From: Gammaproteobacteria bacterium GWE2_42_36
GTDB lineage: Bacteria > Pseudomonadota > Gammaproteobacteria > UBA12402
NCBI GenBank assembly: GCA_001801305.1
Contig: MGXH01000080.1
Coordinates: 1 to 38,053 of the forward strand
DNA: 38,053 bases
Direction: 5' to 3'
In this document: positions 12,001 to 18,990 of the stretch, piece by piece
How the letters are laid out: every line of letters starts with the position of its first letter
How positions within the stretch are numbered: position 1 is the stretch's first letter
The notes under the pieces: generated by a model
Seen by the model: the letters and a program-made list of their open reading frames with translations, nothing else
The model's database searches: none
Told to the model about the DNA's origin: nothing
Program-made: the position numbers and the translations under genes

Positions 12001-14631
12001 TCCGATTGGCGTACCAAGATCAATGGGCCGAATATCATCGCCTTGTCGTATTGTTTGTGAATAGGGGGTTGTTTTTGGTTCAGGCGGTCCACCCAAATCG
12101 AGCGCGTAAGTGCAAGTGGTGGTGTTATAGCCGTTCGACAGGGTGAAGGGAAGTTGTAGTGATCCACTTTGCGTCGTTTGTGTGATTTGGGAAGAGTCTA
12201 GGGTCACAGAGCAAGTTTGTGTTGATCCATCGCAATTTGAATTCAGTAATGCGTGATAAGGCGCCAGTTGCGTATTGGCTGCACTTAAATCAACAGTGAG
12301 ATTTCCCGATTGTGCACTCGGTGCCGCGACGATATTGCTTAATGTCGAATAATCAGGGCGCGGGATGGGATGATTGACTTGCCAAGCGGCATTATGAGTA
12401 TTGGGTAACATCGGCTCTGGCGTTATATTGCAAACGGGTGCGTCGGGTTGCCCTATGTCGAGGGGTAAAGAAACAATACGCCCGATGCCTTTATTGTTTT
12501 TCGCGAAGAAGGGAAGAAGGTAGTGGCCTGTTGTTTTGATATTTCCTGTAAGGGTGCCTGTTTGAGAATTGAGCGTGATCTGGTTATCCAAATATTGAGT
12601 GGGGCAAATGCTCATATCATTGCCTAAACAAAATTGTAAATTGGTCGTACCTGAAGGATTTTGAATATAATGGGTCGCTTCAATGTCTAAGGGAGTTCCT
12701 GCTGGTAATGCAATGGCTGGAGGAGTGACTGTAATCGGTTCTGGGGCATCAGTCACATCCAACGAAAAGCGATCATTGCCTTCAGCGGGAGCAATAGAAT
12801 CTCCGGTGACATAATTGGCTGTAACAGGAAAGTGGTAAGTTTGATAAGTAGGAGTATTGTAGGGCATACCCGTCACATAAACATGGACAACGGGTTTTGG
12901 CGTATTCGGGTCGCAATCTGTTTTTTGATCGAGATTAAAAGCGCTTAATTGAATACTGGGGTTTTCTACTGCAGCCCCAATGCGAATCGAGCTGCAATCA
13001 ATGATGGGGATGACTTTATTTGCGTTTTTTGCCGTGGTCGCATTGCCTGTTCCGATGTCGGCGATCAACGTATCGGTAGAGGCATCGTCATCAATGATGG
13101 CTGGATAAGTCGTAATGCTAGGGGCGGGTGTTTCACTGATCATGAGCGTGAATGTTTGCTGATTCGCTTGAGAAGCAGGTCCTGCCGCATTGGTTGCTGT
13201 AATTGTCAGGGTAATAATGGATTTTTCTGCGAAGGTGCTCGGCCCCGTAATTTGTAAAATGCCATCATCATTCCCTGTTGCTGTATACGTGTAGGCCATT
13301 TGAGAAACATTAGGGTCGGAGGAAGCAAATGAAGCGGATAGTGTCATGCTATTAGCGCTTTGTAGGGGGTCATGAAATAATCCTATATCAGGATGATTGC
13401 CTGCGTCAGCAGACCCGTAAAAAGTGAGATTAATGGGATCTCCCTCATTCACGGTCATGTTAGCGGGTTGATAATTGGATTTATAGGGCGTTGAATCGCC
13501 GATTTGGACTACTTTTTCATCTTTGACCGCCATGACTTGCTGCATATAAACGGCAGGCGTCGAAGACCAATCTGACAAATTGCCTTCATTCGGCGCCGCG
13601 GTAAAAGCGGTATAAATCAGCGGATGTCCTAAGGTATCGCCACCCCATTGATAGATTAAATTCAAATTAAATTGGGTATCGTTTTGAGCGGTTGATTTGC
13701 CTAAAATTCGATTCCCTATAATGTCCATTTCTAATGTTGATCCTGGTACATCATAGAGGAGCCAATTAAAGCTGGTTTGGTAGTTATCGTAAATGGGACG
13801 CCGACTGGCGAGCAAAGCGATTTTTAATCGTTGCGTGATGAGTTGATTTAAAGTGAAGGAAGTCCCAATGCCTTTTTTGTTGGGCGCTGTGTCATATTCT
13901 GTATTATAAGTGAGATCATCATAACTTAACTGTGCGTTCAGTTGTGTTGTTTTTGTGATAGCCATGTCAGTGCCGGTGCTGACGCTTTTTACGGTACCGC
14001 CAGCAATATGACGATAATCATCATAAATGCCAGTCGTATTGGTGAACTGCTGGGTGGATAATGTTTTGCTGAGCGCTTGGCTATAAAATGCATTCGCATT
14101 AACATCGTTAAACCAAGCATTTTTTAACAGATGTTCGTAAGTTAAGCCTAAAGCATTTTGATAAATCCATTGATTGGTGCTGCCCGTTGTAAAATCAAAA
14201 TTTAATTTTTGCCCAAAATTTTCTCCGCTGACTTTGATGCGTTGGTTGTCAGTGAGCGTATGTCCCCAGGTAAAATTGAATCGACGTTGTGCGGTACCCA
14301 TTTCAATATCACCGGCCAAAGCATTATTCTCGTTGACCAGTTGGGCGTATTTTGAGATCAAACTGGCGCCAAATGTTTTGCTGTATTGTATATTAACGGA
14401 AAGCGGTCCAAAGGCATTGGAGAGATTAAGCGATTGGTTTTGAGTGAATTGTAGATTGGTGGAAAGCGGTCCTTTGAGGCCGAACATATCGTTCGATAAA
14501 GACAGGGTTTGATTGTTTGATACGAGTGTGGCGTTTTGTTGAAAGGGATAATAGGGGGTGTGTGGTGTGATGCTGCCGGTTAATAATGGCGACAATAAAA
14601 CGAGCAAGACTATTCGCAAAAAATACTTCAT
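1..14631 (-). CDS. Giant secreted/surface adhesin, N-terminal 4877 codons (C-terminus lies beyond the left window edge): signal peptide, inverse-autotransporter-like beta-barrel domain, then ~40 Ig-like (He_PIG / cadherin-like) domains
   Basis: Reverse-complement translation from ATG 14631 (plus-strand cat at 14629-14631) stays open to position 1, exactly 4877 codons. An in-frame TGA lies 18 nt upstream of the ATG. No other frame in 1-14640 has an ORF longer than 102 aa. Any stop in this frame would have produced a long ORF in the track, and none is listed. The N-terminus MKYFLRIVLLVLLSPLLTGS looks like a signal peptide. Protein-level repeat motifs recur throughout (DLGGxDITY, FxNPTxSG, YGLSVxxxGNLxGxI, IATIxAGDGxL, ISGxKNSYG). 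Confidence 0.88.
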   Translation of the reverse strand, partial: MKYFLRIVLLVLLSPLLTGSITPHTPYYPFQQNATLVSNNQTLSLSNDMFGLKGPLSTNLQFTQNQSLNLSNAFGPLSVNIQYSKTFGASLISKYAQLVNENNALAGDIEMGTAQRRFNFTWGHTLTDNQRIKVSGENFGQKLNFDFTTGSTNQWIYQNALGLTYEHLLKNAWFNDVNANAFYSQALSKTLSTQQFTNTTGIYDDYRHIAGGTVKSVSTGTDMAITKTTQLNAQLSYDDLTYNTEYDTAPNKKGIGTSFTLNQLITQRLKIALLASRRPIYDNYQTSFNWLLYDVPGSTLEMDIIGNRILGKSTAQNDTQFNLNLIYQWGGDTLGHPLIYTAFTAAPNEGNLSDWSSTPAVYMQQVMAVKDEKVVQIGDSTPYKSNYQPANMTVNEGDPINLTFYGSADAGNHPDIGLFHDPLQSANSMTLSASFASSDPNVSQMAYTYTATGNDDGILQITGPSTFAEKSIITLTITATNAAGPASQANQQTFTLMISETPAPSITTYPAIIDDDASTDTLIADIGTGNATTAKNANKVIPIIDCSSIRIGAAVENPSIQLSAFNLDQKTDCDPNTPKPVVHVYVTGMPYNTPTYQTYHFPVTANYVTGDSIAPAEGNDRFSLDVTDAPEPITVTPPAIALPAGTPLDIEATHYIQNPSGTTNLQFCLGNDMSICPTQYLDNQITLNSQTGTLTGNIKTTGHYLLPFFAKNNKGIGRIVSLPLDIGQPDAPVCNITPEPMLPNTHNAAWQVNHPIPRPDYSTLSNIVAAPSAQSGNLTVDLSAANTQLAPYHALLNSNCDGSTQTCSVTLDSSQITQTTQSGSLQLPFTLSNGYNTTTCTYALDLGGPPEPKTTPYSQTIRQGDDIRPIDLGTPIGSAFFNNSTGSGALNNMVISNQADLQNQGISVTINGSQITGSISPTAAVKTYPINLIAYNDVGPSSTPFNIVLSVIDRSQPIIHIHQNDHFTDINQATVSHYNFATINSDALEGDQINPAQLTLTINGAAPIPITTAGSPIGHGLSASVIYSNDNTQADLYLDGTFTSATFNNPDTLKINVETTHHQIPDPTLNNIFDLYIAGTPEVINDQQDLGGADITYHPTDLFNTVSPLSTHFKNPTKSGDLQTDFSLSLQTPANDEPNVTQLFALTGNNNQLAGTLAPSSWLGTYKIYVRAKNALGESSIDQSAYYTLIMTAATMPTINTTTLTPPAFARGTSSDQIIANLKANDGTLQTNTILFNGMTINQWNAAPANHLSLAVNTKNCTTGFDACIHLSTNDQAVPTFNNQPASIEISNVENSYGETAEPVSISYDVSGAPIAIPQSVIDEGSFKTGDPLTIPKIAASFSNPSYGNPLTYHLKVKEDPTASVSDVYDIQIAPDGLSIISPGIKNSSQLSEITLQLTASNQYGNSTTPVSYLLHLSQPDAPTVTIYPKNFFSIGDSINQLVIANINPTDGTLQKTIQANPPTGVDLSKYGLMTQVNYIGADVDHPTSAQVVLTTSSGTTAITQSTLNSIPLTISGVTNSYGKTANPAAFSLSIAGAPFVDTSKVNLGTSSAYPADTFTGNIATQNLAANFFNPIDSGNLTFPTSANLRIYKQGSTTDLSSGFGLFIQQNSGHYQLVGAIAPTVSAGTYNLFITASNIQGTSSDAAVYVLTINTAQKPVVTPHDATTIPSPFQVGQTIASPYLVADIQESNPNGTLPNQNTTLRLNGQPLSLWNSENPYGLIATIKQDSPQHDELQLTSADHLSLPTLSTAAIQMTGIINSYGQSADSQIFHFNIGSIPIVNTEDLGGASITYHPGDTFNTLSNLAGYFNNPSGSSTISNFILEENGQHDVEEKYGLSVVNGNLTGAIKPNAPMGHIDIDVYAVNSSGQSSSPAVYQLTISATLAPNTIVSSAPSQTFVEGKSVSPIAIATLQSGEGDLDVSQLQINNVPYQSWSEHGLHAVLQNTNATSAELLLQSNQVSDATLSPKILSITGLQNSHGLSQSSPAHFTLNVAGIPTVKNNLGAGSFKQGEEFIAMTYLALYFNNPTDSGPITHFRLDAPTSDGLAIDDNGNLIGMIPSNAPIGTTTLNIYASNALGESTIAATYNLTILPTNDPHVSINQNDYFIQGNAIDYTLATIKAGDGELQKNTLLINGIPANSWTDDAHGVHTEITYDNNDHPTLATITLKSNDAGAQPTFPNDNTMLTLSGVKNTYGKVQAQPQSFTLAIAAPPSINPPYQNLGGENITYKQGSPFIPVNVLTSGANNRFNNPTKSGDIKTDPTTFKLSIDGETGIDVSATYGLSVDHQGNLQGVILPNAPATQPGHPAIIQIHVANDIGTSNTYATYALNIQSTAIPSIQITPTTTAFTQGQSNINERIATITAGDGELVKNSIQVSSSPSTHWQTQYGLTTNITYDNDTHPTTAYINLQSNTLINPTLAPETLTISGVQNTLGKSQTTPQTYSLIITGAPFVKTAASDLGGQDIVYRQGQPFSPSTPIGPLADRFNNPMPNYSGNISSFVLSENGKQDVENKFGLSVNGQGELTGTLKNTAPIGTTDIQVQARNAVGLSTDAAVYHLQIRAAIPPTIQIHDVDHFEAGQPLNYNAAIISSGDGSLDQNAAIQINGASLAEWNSSNPYHLTASILWGQSANTSRVKPLFQNLLSTPLNGYTNATLQLTSNNLSTVTLSEVGLTISGFKNTYGDIATPQTFLLKIAGPPQVNTSPDLGGEDTTYLPTDPFTSIDVSTHFDNPLPSISGPISGYLLKDAKDPTLNVTQTYGLSVDAEGHLVGNIPADLQPLTNRLIQVFAVNNKGISTSYAVYHLNIGAPQLPSVINHDATATPPNFKTGQIISHYVMADIYANNGVLTDLSSTLQLSGLSITNWNAQNPYGLTASIENITLQHAQILLTSNSALTTPTYLTAFGQINLTGISNSYHQTAVDRLFTFYIASTPNVKSTYADLGGASTYYHPTDAFTPIQNLASYFDNPTGSGPIKTNFHLTDLDSPSTDVKATYGLSADDGNLSGTIAQGAPYIDHHRIQICAENTIGIAKNCAIYHLTINNADNPNLIIQPIDHLTVGQPLSSTIIATIYAGEGTLDTSAMQINGQSLDIWNQNAPHGLTLTYTPNNDHTAATLALSATQITQATYAQPDTLTITGIKNSYGESQSNAALFSLNVADIPQVDPAQSSLGAGTLKQGQALTTIIGLGAHFKNPIKSGPIDQFSFSADTQSLATTYHLTLDANGNLWGQIPLDAPSTATPGVTLKIIAHNALGWSTTFATYQLTVQTIETPGDSPLDKAIFSRGQENSIAIATIQSIDSPIILDSIKMNGIPVLQWTGHGLTTLLKPNDPTHPTEATVFLEGTPTTSTFQSETITFTGATNVAGKTQTTPLIIPLTIRGAPVINSSTADLGGEDITYTPGQSFNAVNQLADHFSNPTQSGAIHIDQFQVTEPAVSTDPTYVQNTYGIFADSNGNLVGTIKTNAPTTTGSHMFVVQAKNDIAFSDPTESAHYHFNIRAINLPNITINPNDHFDNGATIHYTIANIQANDGVIKNPDQITINNIALSHWNAHGLHAEFIGDDPGNPTTGHLQFVGAITSPTLTEESLTIHGITNSLGAQAEDAIFKLNIAGNPYVDPAQQNVGSATLHPGDSVTPITLNTATLFHNPTKSGAITTLNLSADQISDVSSTYGLTLTPNASLGTYTLSGAISNTAPISTTPQTIFICAVNAEGTSASPNDCAHYQLTITAVTKPTVQLQPITPNYFMAGQTLSARKIAILNTTDGTLDTSAITINGLSLNDWNQNNSHQLIASIPASEGTTQEKYLYLSSSQALINPTIASETLTIAGLKNSYHESADPQNFTLQIAGAPFVDTGKVNLGTSNAHPGDAFIGNAATHDLAANFLNPVQGGDLTFTTKNNLRLYKQGSTTDLSSHFGLVIQPNNGQYQLAGTIAPTVEAGVYNVWITATNAQGTSADAAIYLLTVTDAQSPDIQTYTHDFLYQQTETFKIADIQANEGTLQQTIAVNGSTTPDTDIAIGNNLNAQIHSISTTHATITISGIPNEPTYTPINVRISGIKNSYDKTAPDATWTLNIEGAPQPVVNPPAQTLYQGETISLDKSLYFKNPTNSGDLSFNSLSTTDGIIIQNNPSNVSQFNITVPATMTSGTKTISLQAINNINPLNPSHNTLNITIAPAISITTTDLQNDLQIGQTPTPGNNTIATIEAYNGTLDLSQATITGTTDGLTPQLTLDAHDPTHRAYVTLTTAPTAPTFSTASLVLSNVRSSNGASISGTTGTFKITGPPLITTDQQRNLGSGTFAPGSTFTPIGDLDQHFSSPIDAGPPSFTNDNLSFIDAQGHLITGNPYGLSIQNNQLMGTLSATAPVGTVTVRISATNNKGISTLYPDNQAFAIYTLTIGNKPTVTASTAQTFTIDKSIDNVEIATVLPGSGAFDCSSTPIIISKPSIDGLTAAVNCTPTSASIILNGTPTTITTAPQTLNISATNNLGLSITNQSSGEFSVNNPAAPAITPSTGSPVFVTGKTDSFQIATVQGMFDDPQNEIKTIGDLHGLTMTISPVSNSASTYAVTLSGSATSTTDPSGEIVTISAKDKYQQSAADVNWKLIIANRPVVTPTDLHLTAGVPVADQTIATIDGQGFALDHTLALNPTDLHGLISQINYDDEQHLATITISGTPASFKATPLVISKISTNAGQITAPDASSGNVDAVPDIQMKDTHTFIVHEENPSYTIASVTGSFADPQKQITLSGDLHGLLSTIQQTTANHYDVILSGTPISITAGDNIILTVKDDDAQTQTQNWIVKIGSRPIVQTIATPPVFIIGEAISADTKLGTTCAGDTTDTAATFKTLPTIQDAQITGVSLSLKQATSNPECKDIVANGTPTAATDPSS
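1465..11780 (-). repeat. Intragenic tandem array of ~15 diverged two-domain (A+B) Ig-like super-repeats, period roughly 0.65-0.74 kb
   Basis: The plus-strand signature gcc(g/a)cctaaatc (reverse complement of D-L-G-G) or a variant recurs near 1775, 3075, 3785, 4470, 5125, 5810, 6512, 7252, 7965, 8615, 9268, 9985 and 11360. The translated units alternate between module A (DLGGxDITY...FxNPTxSG...YGLSV..GNLxGxI..AP.G...I.V.A.N..G.S..A.Y.L.I) and module B (P.I......F..GQ....IATIxAGDGxLD...I.ING.....W....HGL.A......A.L.L.S.....L.ISG.KNSYG.....F.L.IAG.P). Confidence 0.8.
13500..14631 (-). other. N-terminal export/anchor module of the giant ORF: signal peptide plus ~350-aa putative 12-stranded inverse-autotransporter beta-domain and linker; no LysM-type periplasmic domain
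   Basis: The segment shows alternating hydrophobic/polar beta-strand patterns rich in G/Y/N/T/Q. Examples are GLTYEHLLKNAWFNDVNANAFYSQ and the terminal NDTQFNLNLIYQWGGD, which resemble the intimin/invasin beta-domain consensus as I remember it. It is followed by SDWSSTPAVYMQQVMAVKDEKV, which could be a linker. A barrel N-terminal to an Ig-domain passenger is the type Ve arrangement. Confidence 0.5.
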
Positions 14632-14702
14632 TGATCTGCATTCACGTCACGATATACCTGTTATCCATCAGTTGAAAAAGGAATATCAAAGCGCTCTTTT
14701 CA

Positions 14703-14855
14703 ATGCGCGCAAAGATTCCCGCGCATCTACAATAGATCGCTTTTTATAGTTCCATTTTTTCTCTGATGAGTTTTCCTGCCTTGAAACGAATTGCGTCTTG
14801 CAATTCGTTTAGACGCGAATTCAAGATAAGCAACTTATCCTGAATTCGCGTCTAA
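14703..14855. promoter_or_regulatory. Cluster of three hairpins/palindromes in the upstream region of the giant gene
   Basis: Hairpin 1: atgcgcg (14703-14709) pairs with cgcgcat (14720-14726). Hairpin 2: aaacgaattgc (14784-14794) pairs with gcaattcgttt (14800-14810). Hairpin 3: the 21-nt arm ttagacgcgaattcaagataa (14809-14829) pairs with ttatcctgaattcgcgtctaa (14835-14855), with a 5-nt loop and one mismatch (14824/14840). Confidence 0.45.
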
Positions 14856-15040
14856 GATTCCCTGAATTTTCGTTGAAGAGGAACGATAAAAAAATAGTTT
14901 TATGAGCGATAAGGCCCATTTTTTTAACATTTTTCCCTTGCAGAGAAGTATAGCTGAAAAGACAGAAACACTGAATAAAATTGTTTAAAAAAGCGACAAG
15001 AAATTAAGAGATAAATAGCGAAAGAACAGAGGGTGGGTAG

Positions 15041-15072
15041 AAAAAAAAGGGCTGAATTAGTGTCAGCCCTTT
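15041..15072 (-). terminator. Rho-independent terminator of rne
   Basis: The stem gggctga (15049-15055) pairs with tcagccc (15063-15069) and can be extended to about 10 bp. On the minus-strand transcript it is followed by a U8 run (plus-strand A8 at 15041-15048). It lies 13 nt past the rne stop (15085-15087). Confidence 0.85.
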
Positions 15073-15084
15073 GATTGTATTTTC

Positions 15085-17277
15085 TTACTCTGATTTTGTT
15101 TCGATTTGAACCCATTGATTAGGCTCTGCCTCAACGCGAGCCGGTTTTGGAACAATGGCCGCATTAGAAATCGGTTTTTGTTCAATCCGTTGTTGCGGTT
15201 CTGGCGCTATTTTTTCTACCATCACAATCGGTTTTTGCTGTGGCTTCACAGGCGCTTGAACCGGTGAGGGCATTTTCGCTTGGACAGGAGCAGGGGTCGC
15301 TACCGGCATAGGATTTTGTGCGACGGCATTTCCCGATGAGGTACGCGGCGCTGAATCAGGCCGAGTGCGTGGTTTATGACGATAGGCGCCACTGCTGCCT
15401 CCTTGACTCGCTTGATTCCCTTGTCGGTTATCATTCGATTGTTGCGGACGGCGATTATGTGTCGGTCTTTTTCGTTGAAATCCTTTATTTTGACCTTCTG
15501 ATCTAAATCTTGAGGATTCCGGTCGTCGATGCTGCGGACTTCTTTCTCTATGTGATGAGGTGGTGTGCGTTGATTTTGTCGGCACTGTTTTTTTAGTACC
15601 CAATAATTTTTTAATCAGACGCGTTACCCATCCATTCCCTTTGGATTTACGTGCAACAATCGGCGCTGCAGCATCCGGAAAAATATCTGTCACAGCCGGT
15701 TTAAGCGCTTTTTCCGCAATAGGCATTTCAGCGGCCGGTGACTCATACGAAACAGCAGGCGTTTTGATGAGATTATAACTATCCGCGCGAACATCCGTTA
15801 ACTTTGTTGTGGATAAACATTCAATGTTATATTGCGGTGTTTCCATATAAGGATTCGGAATAACGAGCAGGGATGCGCTATAGTTTTTTTCAATATGAGA
15901 AAGCGGGCCTTTCAATTCGTTTAACAAATAAGTGCCAAGATCGACTGGAACCTGTACCCGAATTTGAGTGACGTTCGGTTGCACGGCTTTTTCTTCAATT
16001 AAGTGTAAAATTGAAATAGCCAGTGAGCGAATATTACGAATACTGCCTTGCCCATGGCAACGTGGGCAAATCATTAGATTCGCTTCATTGAGCGCAGGAC
16101 GTAAACGTTGACGCGACATTTCCAATAAACCAAAACGAGAAATGTGCGCTAATTGAACGCGCGCACGATCTGTTTTGAGCACATCGCGCATACGGTCTTC
16201 AACTTGTCGAATATTGTCTTCTCGCTCCATGTCGATGAAGTCGATGACGATCAATCCACCCAGGTCGCGGATTCTTAATTGTCTCGCAATTTCATCAGCG
16301 GCTTCTAAGTTCGTGTTGAGCGCTGTTTCTTCAATATAACCACCTTTAGTTGATTGCGCCGAGTTCACATCAATCGCAATCAAAGCTTCGGTATGGTCGA
16401 TCACGATTTGTCCGCCAGAAGGTAATCGGACTTCGCGTTGAAAGGCTGTTTCAATTTGTTTTTCGAGCGCATAACGGCTAAATACCGGCACCGAATCAGT
16501 ATAAAATTTCACGCGGTCGATAAAATGGGGCCGAATACGTTCGACATAGGCTAAAACGCGATCGTAGACTTCTTTATTATCGATCAGAATCTCGTCGATG
16601 TCTGGGCGTAAGTGATCACGTACAGCGCGAATGGCCACATCACTTTCTTGATGAATGAGATAAGGCGCGCCATAGGATTTGCTCGCGCTTTTAATCGATT
16701 CCCATAAGTTGAGTAAAACGTCTAAATCCCATTGCAATTCTTCTGTGGATCGACCCATGCCCGCTGTGCGGATGATCGCGCCCATACTTTCTGGGATTTT
16801 AAGCGTGGATAAAATATTTTTTAACTCTTCTCTTTCGTCGCCTTCAATGCGACGCGAAACACCGCCGGCCTTAGGATTGTTTGGCATGAGCACCAAATAA
16901 CATCCCGCCAAGCTGATGTAAGTCGTTAAAGCAGCGCCTTTAGTGCCGCGTTCTTCTTTTGTGACTTGCACAAGGATTTTTTGACCAATGAATAAAATGT
17001 CTTTGATGCTTAAATCGCGACTATATTTTCCATTAGGATAATATTCTGGTGCAATTTCTTTGAGCGGTAAAAATCCATTTCGTTTAGCGCCGAAATTGAT
17101 AAATGCCGCTTCTAAACTGGGTTCGATGCTGATGACTTCGCCATTACAAATGCTGTCAACACGCTGTTCTCTTTCTGCGAGCTCGATTTCAAGATCCAAC
17201 AATATTTTTCCATCGGTTCGCGCGACGCGCAGGAGATCATTGGATTTACTCATTAATATTTTTTCTGCGGATGCCAT
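15085..17277 (-). CDS. rne: Ribonuclease E (S1 domain, catalytic core, CPxCxGxG Zn-link, short Arg/Pro/Gln-rich C-terminal scaffold)
   Basis: The product matches the RNase E N-terminus and S1 domain (GEVISIEPSLEAAFINFGAKRNGFLPLKEI). It also has DNKEVY, IDVNS, LGGLIVIDFIDM and the Zn-link CPRCHGQGSIR. The ORF-track start is TTG 17313. I prefer ATG 17277 (MASAEKILMSKSNDLLRVA aligns with MKRMLINATQQEELRVA), which has AGGGA 7 nt upstream. ATG 17253 is also possible. Confidence 0.93.
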   Translation of the reverse strand: MASAEKILMSKSNDLLRVARTDGKILLDLEIELAEREQRVDSICNGEVISIEPSLEAAFINFGAKRNGFLPLKEIAPEYYPNGKYSRDLSIKDILFIGQKILVQVTKEERGTKGAALTTYISLAGCYLVLMPNNPKAGGVSRRIEGDEREELKNILSTLKIPESMGAIIRTAGMGRSTEELQWDLDVLLNLWESIKSASKSYGAPYLIHQESDVAIRAVRDHLRPDIDEILIDNKEVYDRVLAYVERIRPHFIDRVKFYTDSVPVFSRYALEKQIETAFQREVRLPSGGQIVIDHTEALIAIDVNSAQSTKGGYIEETALNTNLEAADEIARQLRIRDLGGLIVIDFIDMEREDNIRQVEDRMRDVLKTDRARVQLAHISRFGLLEMSRQRLRPALNEANLMICPRCHGQGSIRNIRSLAISILHLIEEKAVQPNVTQIRVQVPVDLGTYLLNELKGPLSHIEKNYSASLLVIPNPYMETPQYNIECLSTTKLTDVRADSYNLIKTPAVSYESPAAEMPIAEKALKPAVTDIFPDAAAPIVARKSKGNGWVTRLIKKLLGTKKTVPTKSTHTTSSHRERSPQHRRPESSRFRSEGQNKGFQRKRPTHNRRPQQSNDNRQGNQASQGGSSGAYRHKPRTRPDSAPRTSSGNAVAQNPMPVATPAPVQAKMPSPVQAPVKPQQKPIVMVEKIAPEPQQRIEQKPISNAAIVPKPARVEAEPNQWVQIETKSE

Positions 17278-17770
17278 AACTGTGTCCCTTATCGGTTGGG
17301 CGCTGAGCATCAATAGACAAGAGATATAATAGGGGCCATATTCAAATGTGAGTAAAACAATTTTGGGTAAAATAAGCTCGGCTGTGTCAATTGAGCTGTG
17401 ATTTCCCCGAGGAATGTATTGTGATAGCTTTTACTCAAAAACATATACTCTTCGCATTTTGGTTTTCCACGTTGTTGGCTTCCTCGTTCGCTTGAGTCAT
17501 GTATGCGTAATACACTCCTAAAGCTCGACTCGTCGCCGCCTAGCGGAAATTCCAAACTGCTCGAGTCTATTTGTGAAAGCCCTGAAAACTTATTTGCGAC
17601 GGGTATAGAGATTTCTTTTTTGAATTTGAAATGAAGCAACAACGAATCTTGTGCGTTACTAGTATGTTTTAGTAATGATCGTTGTTGTAGATGGCTTTGT
17701 CCCATTTTCTCTTGTTATCAATAATCAGTGCGAATTTAAAAAACAACAGCTCAATACAATCGATTGAGCT
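17278..17770 (-). promoter_or_regulatory. Long structured 5' leader/promoter region of rne (candidate autoregulatory UTR)
   Basis: The rne/mreB divergent intergenic region is about 650 bp and has no credible protein. It contains several stem-loops, for example agctcaat (17748-17755) pairing with attgagct (17763-17770). E. coli rne has a ~360-nt autoregulatory leader. Confidence 0.35.
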
Positions 17771-17904
17771 TCTTTAATACCAGGGTTGTATTCATAACCA
17801 CAAGTGATAATGACTATAACAGTATTCATTAAATCGATCAATACAATTTATGTGTCTCAATTTAAAAATGCCTTGATGAAAAGAAGGAGTGTTGTTAGAG
17901 TTAG

Positions 17905-18975
<1,071 letters not shown>

Positions 18976-18990
18976 TAGAGGACCCCAGCC

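Noticed and set aside
1187-14443. About 18 short ORFs of 61-102 aa on either strand, listed in the track within 1-14640 (for example 1187-1483, 4050-4322, 8655-8903, 12949-13257, 14174-14443)
   Set aside because: All lie inside, or antisense to or out of frame with, the continuous 4877-codon minus-strand ORF. Their sequences are low-complexity or Cys/Arg-rich nonsense. Some resemble each other only because they mirror the adhesin repeats.
14426-14641. 71-aa minus-strand ORF starting at ATG 14641 (MQINEVFFANSL...)
   Set aside because: It is in a different frame from the giant ORF, whose ATG at 14631 yields a proper signal peptide and stays open for 14.6 kb. This ORF overlaps it and stops after 71 codons.
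17310-17705. 131-aa minus-strand ORF upstream of rne
   Set aside because: It has no recognisable domain and a Ser/Leu/Gln-rich low-complexity sequence. Its stop overlaps the rne start region and it lies in what should be the rne leader. I treat it as non-coding.
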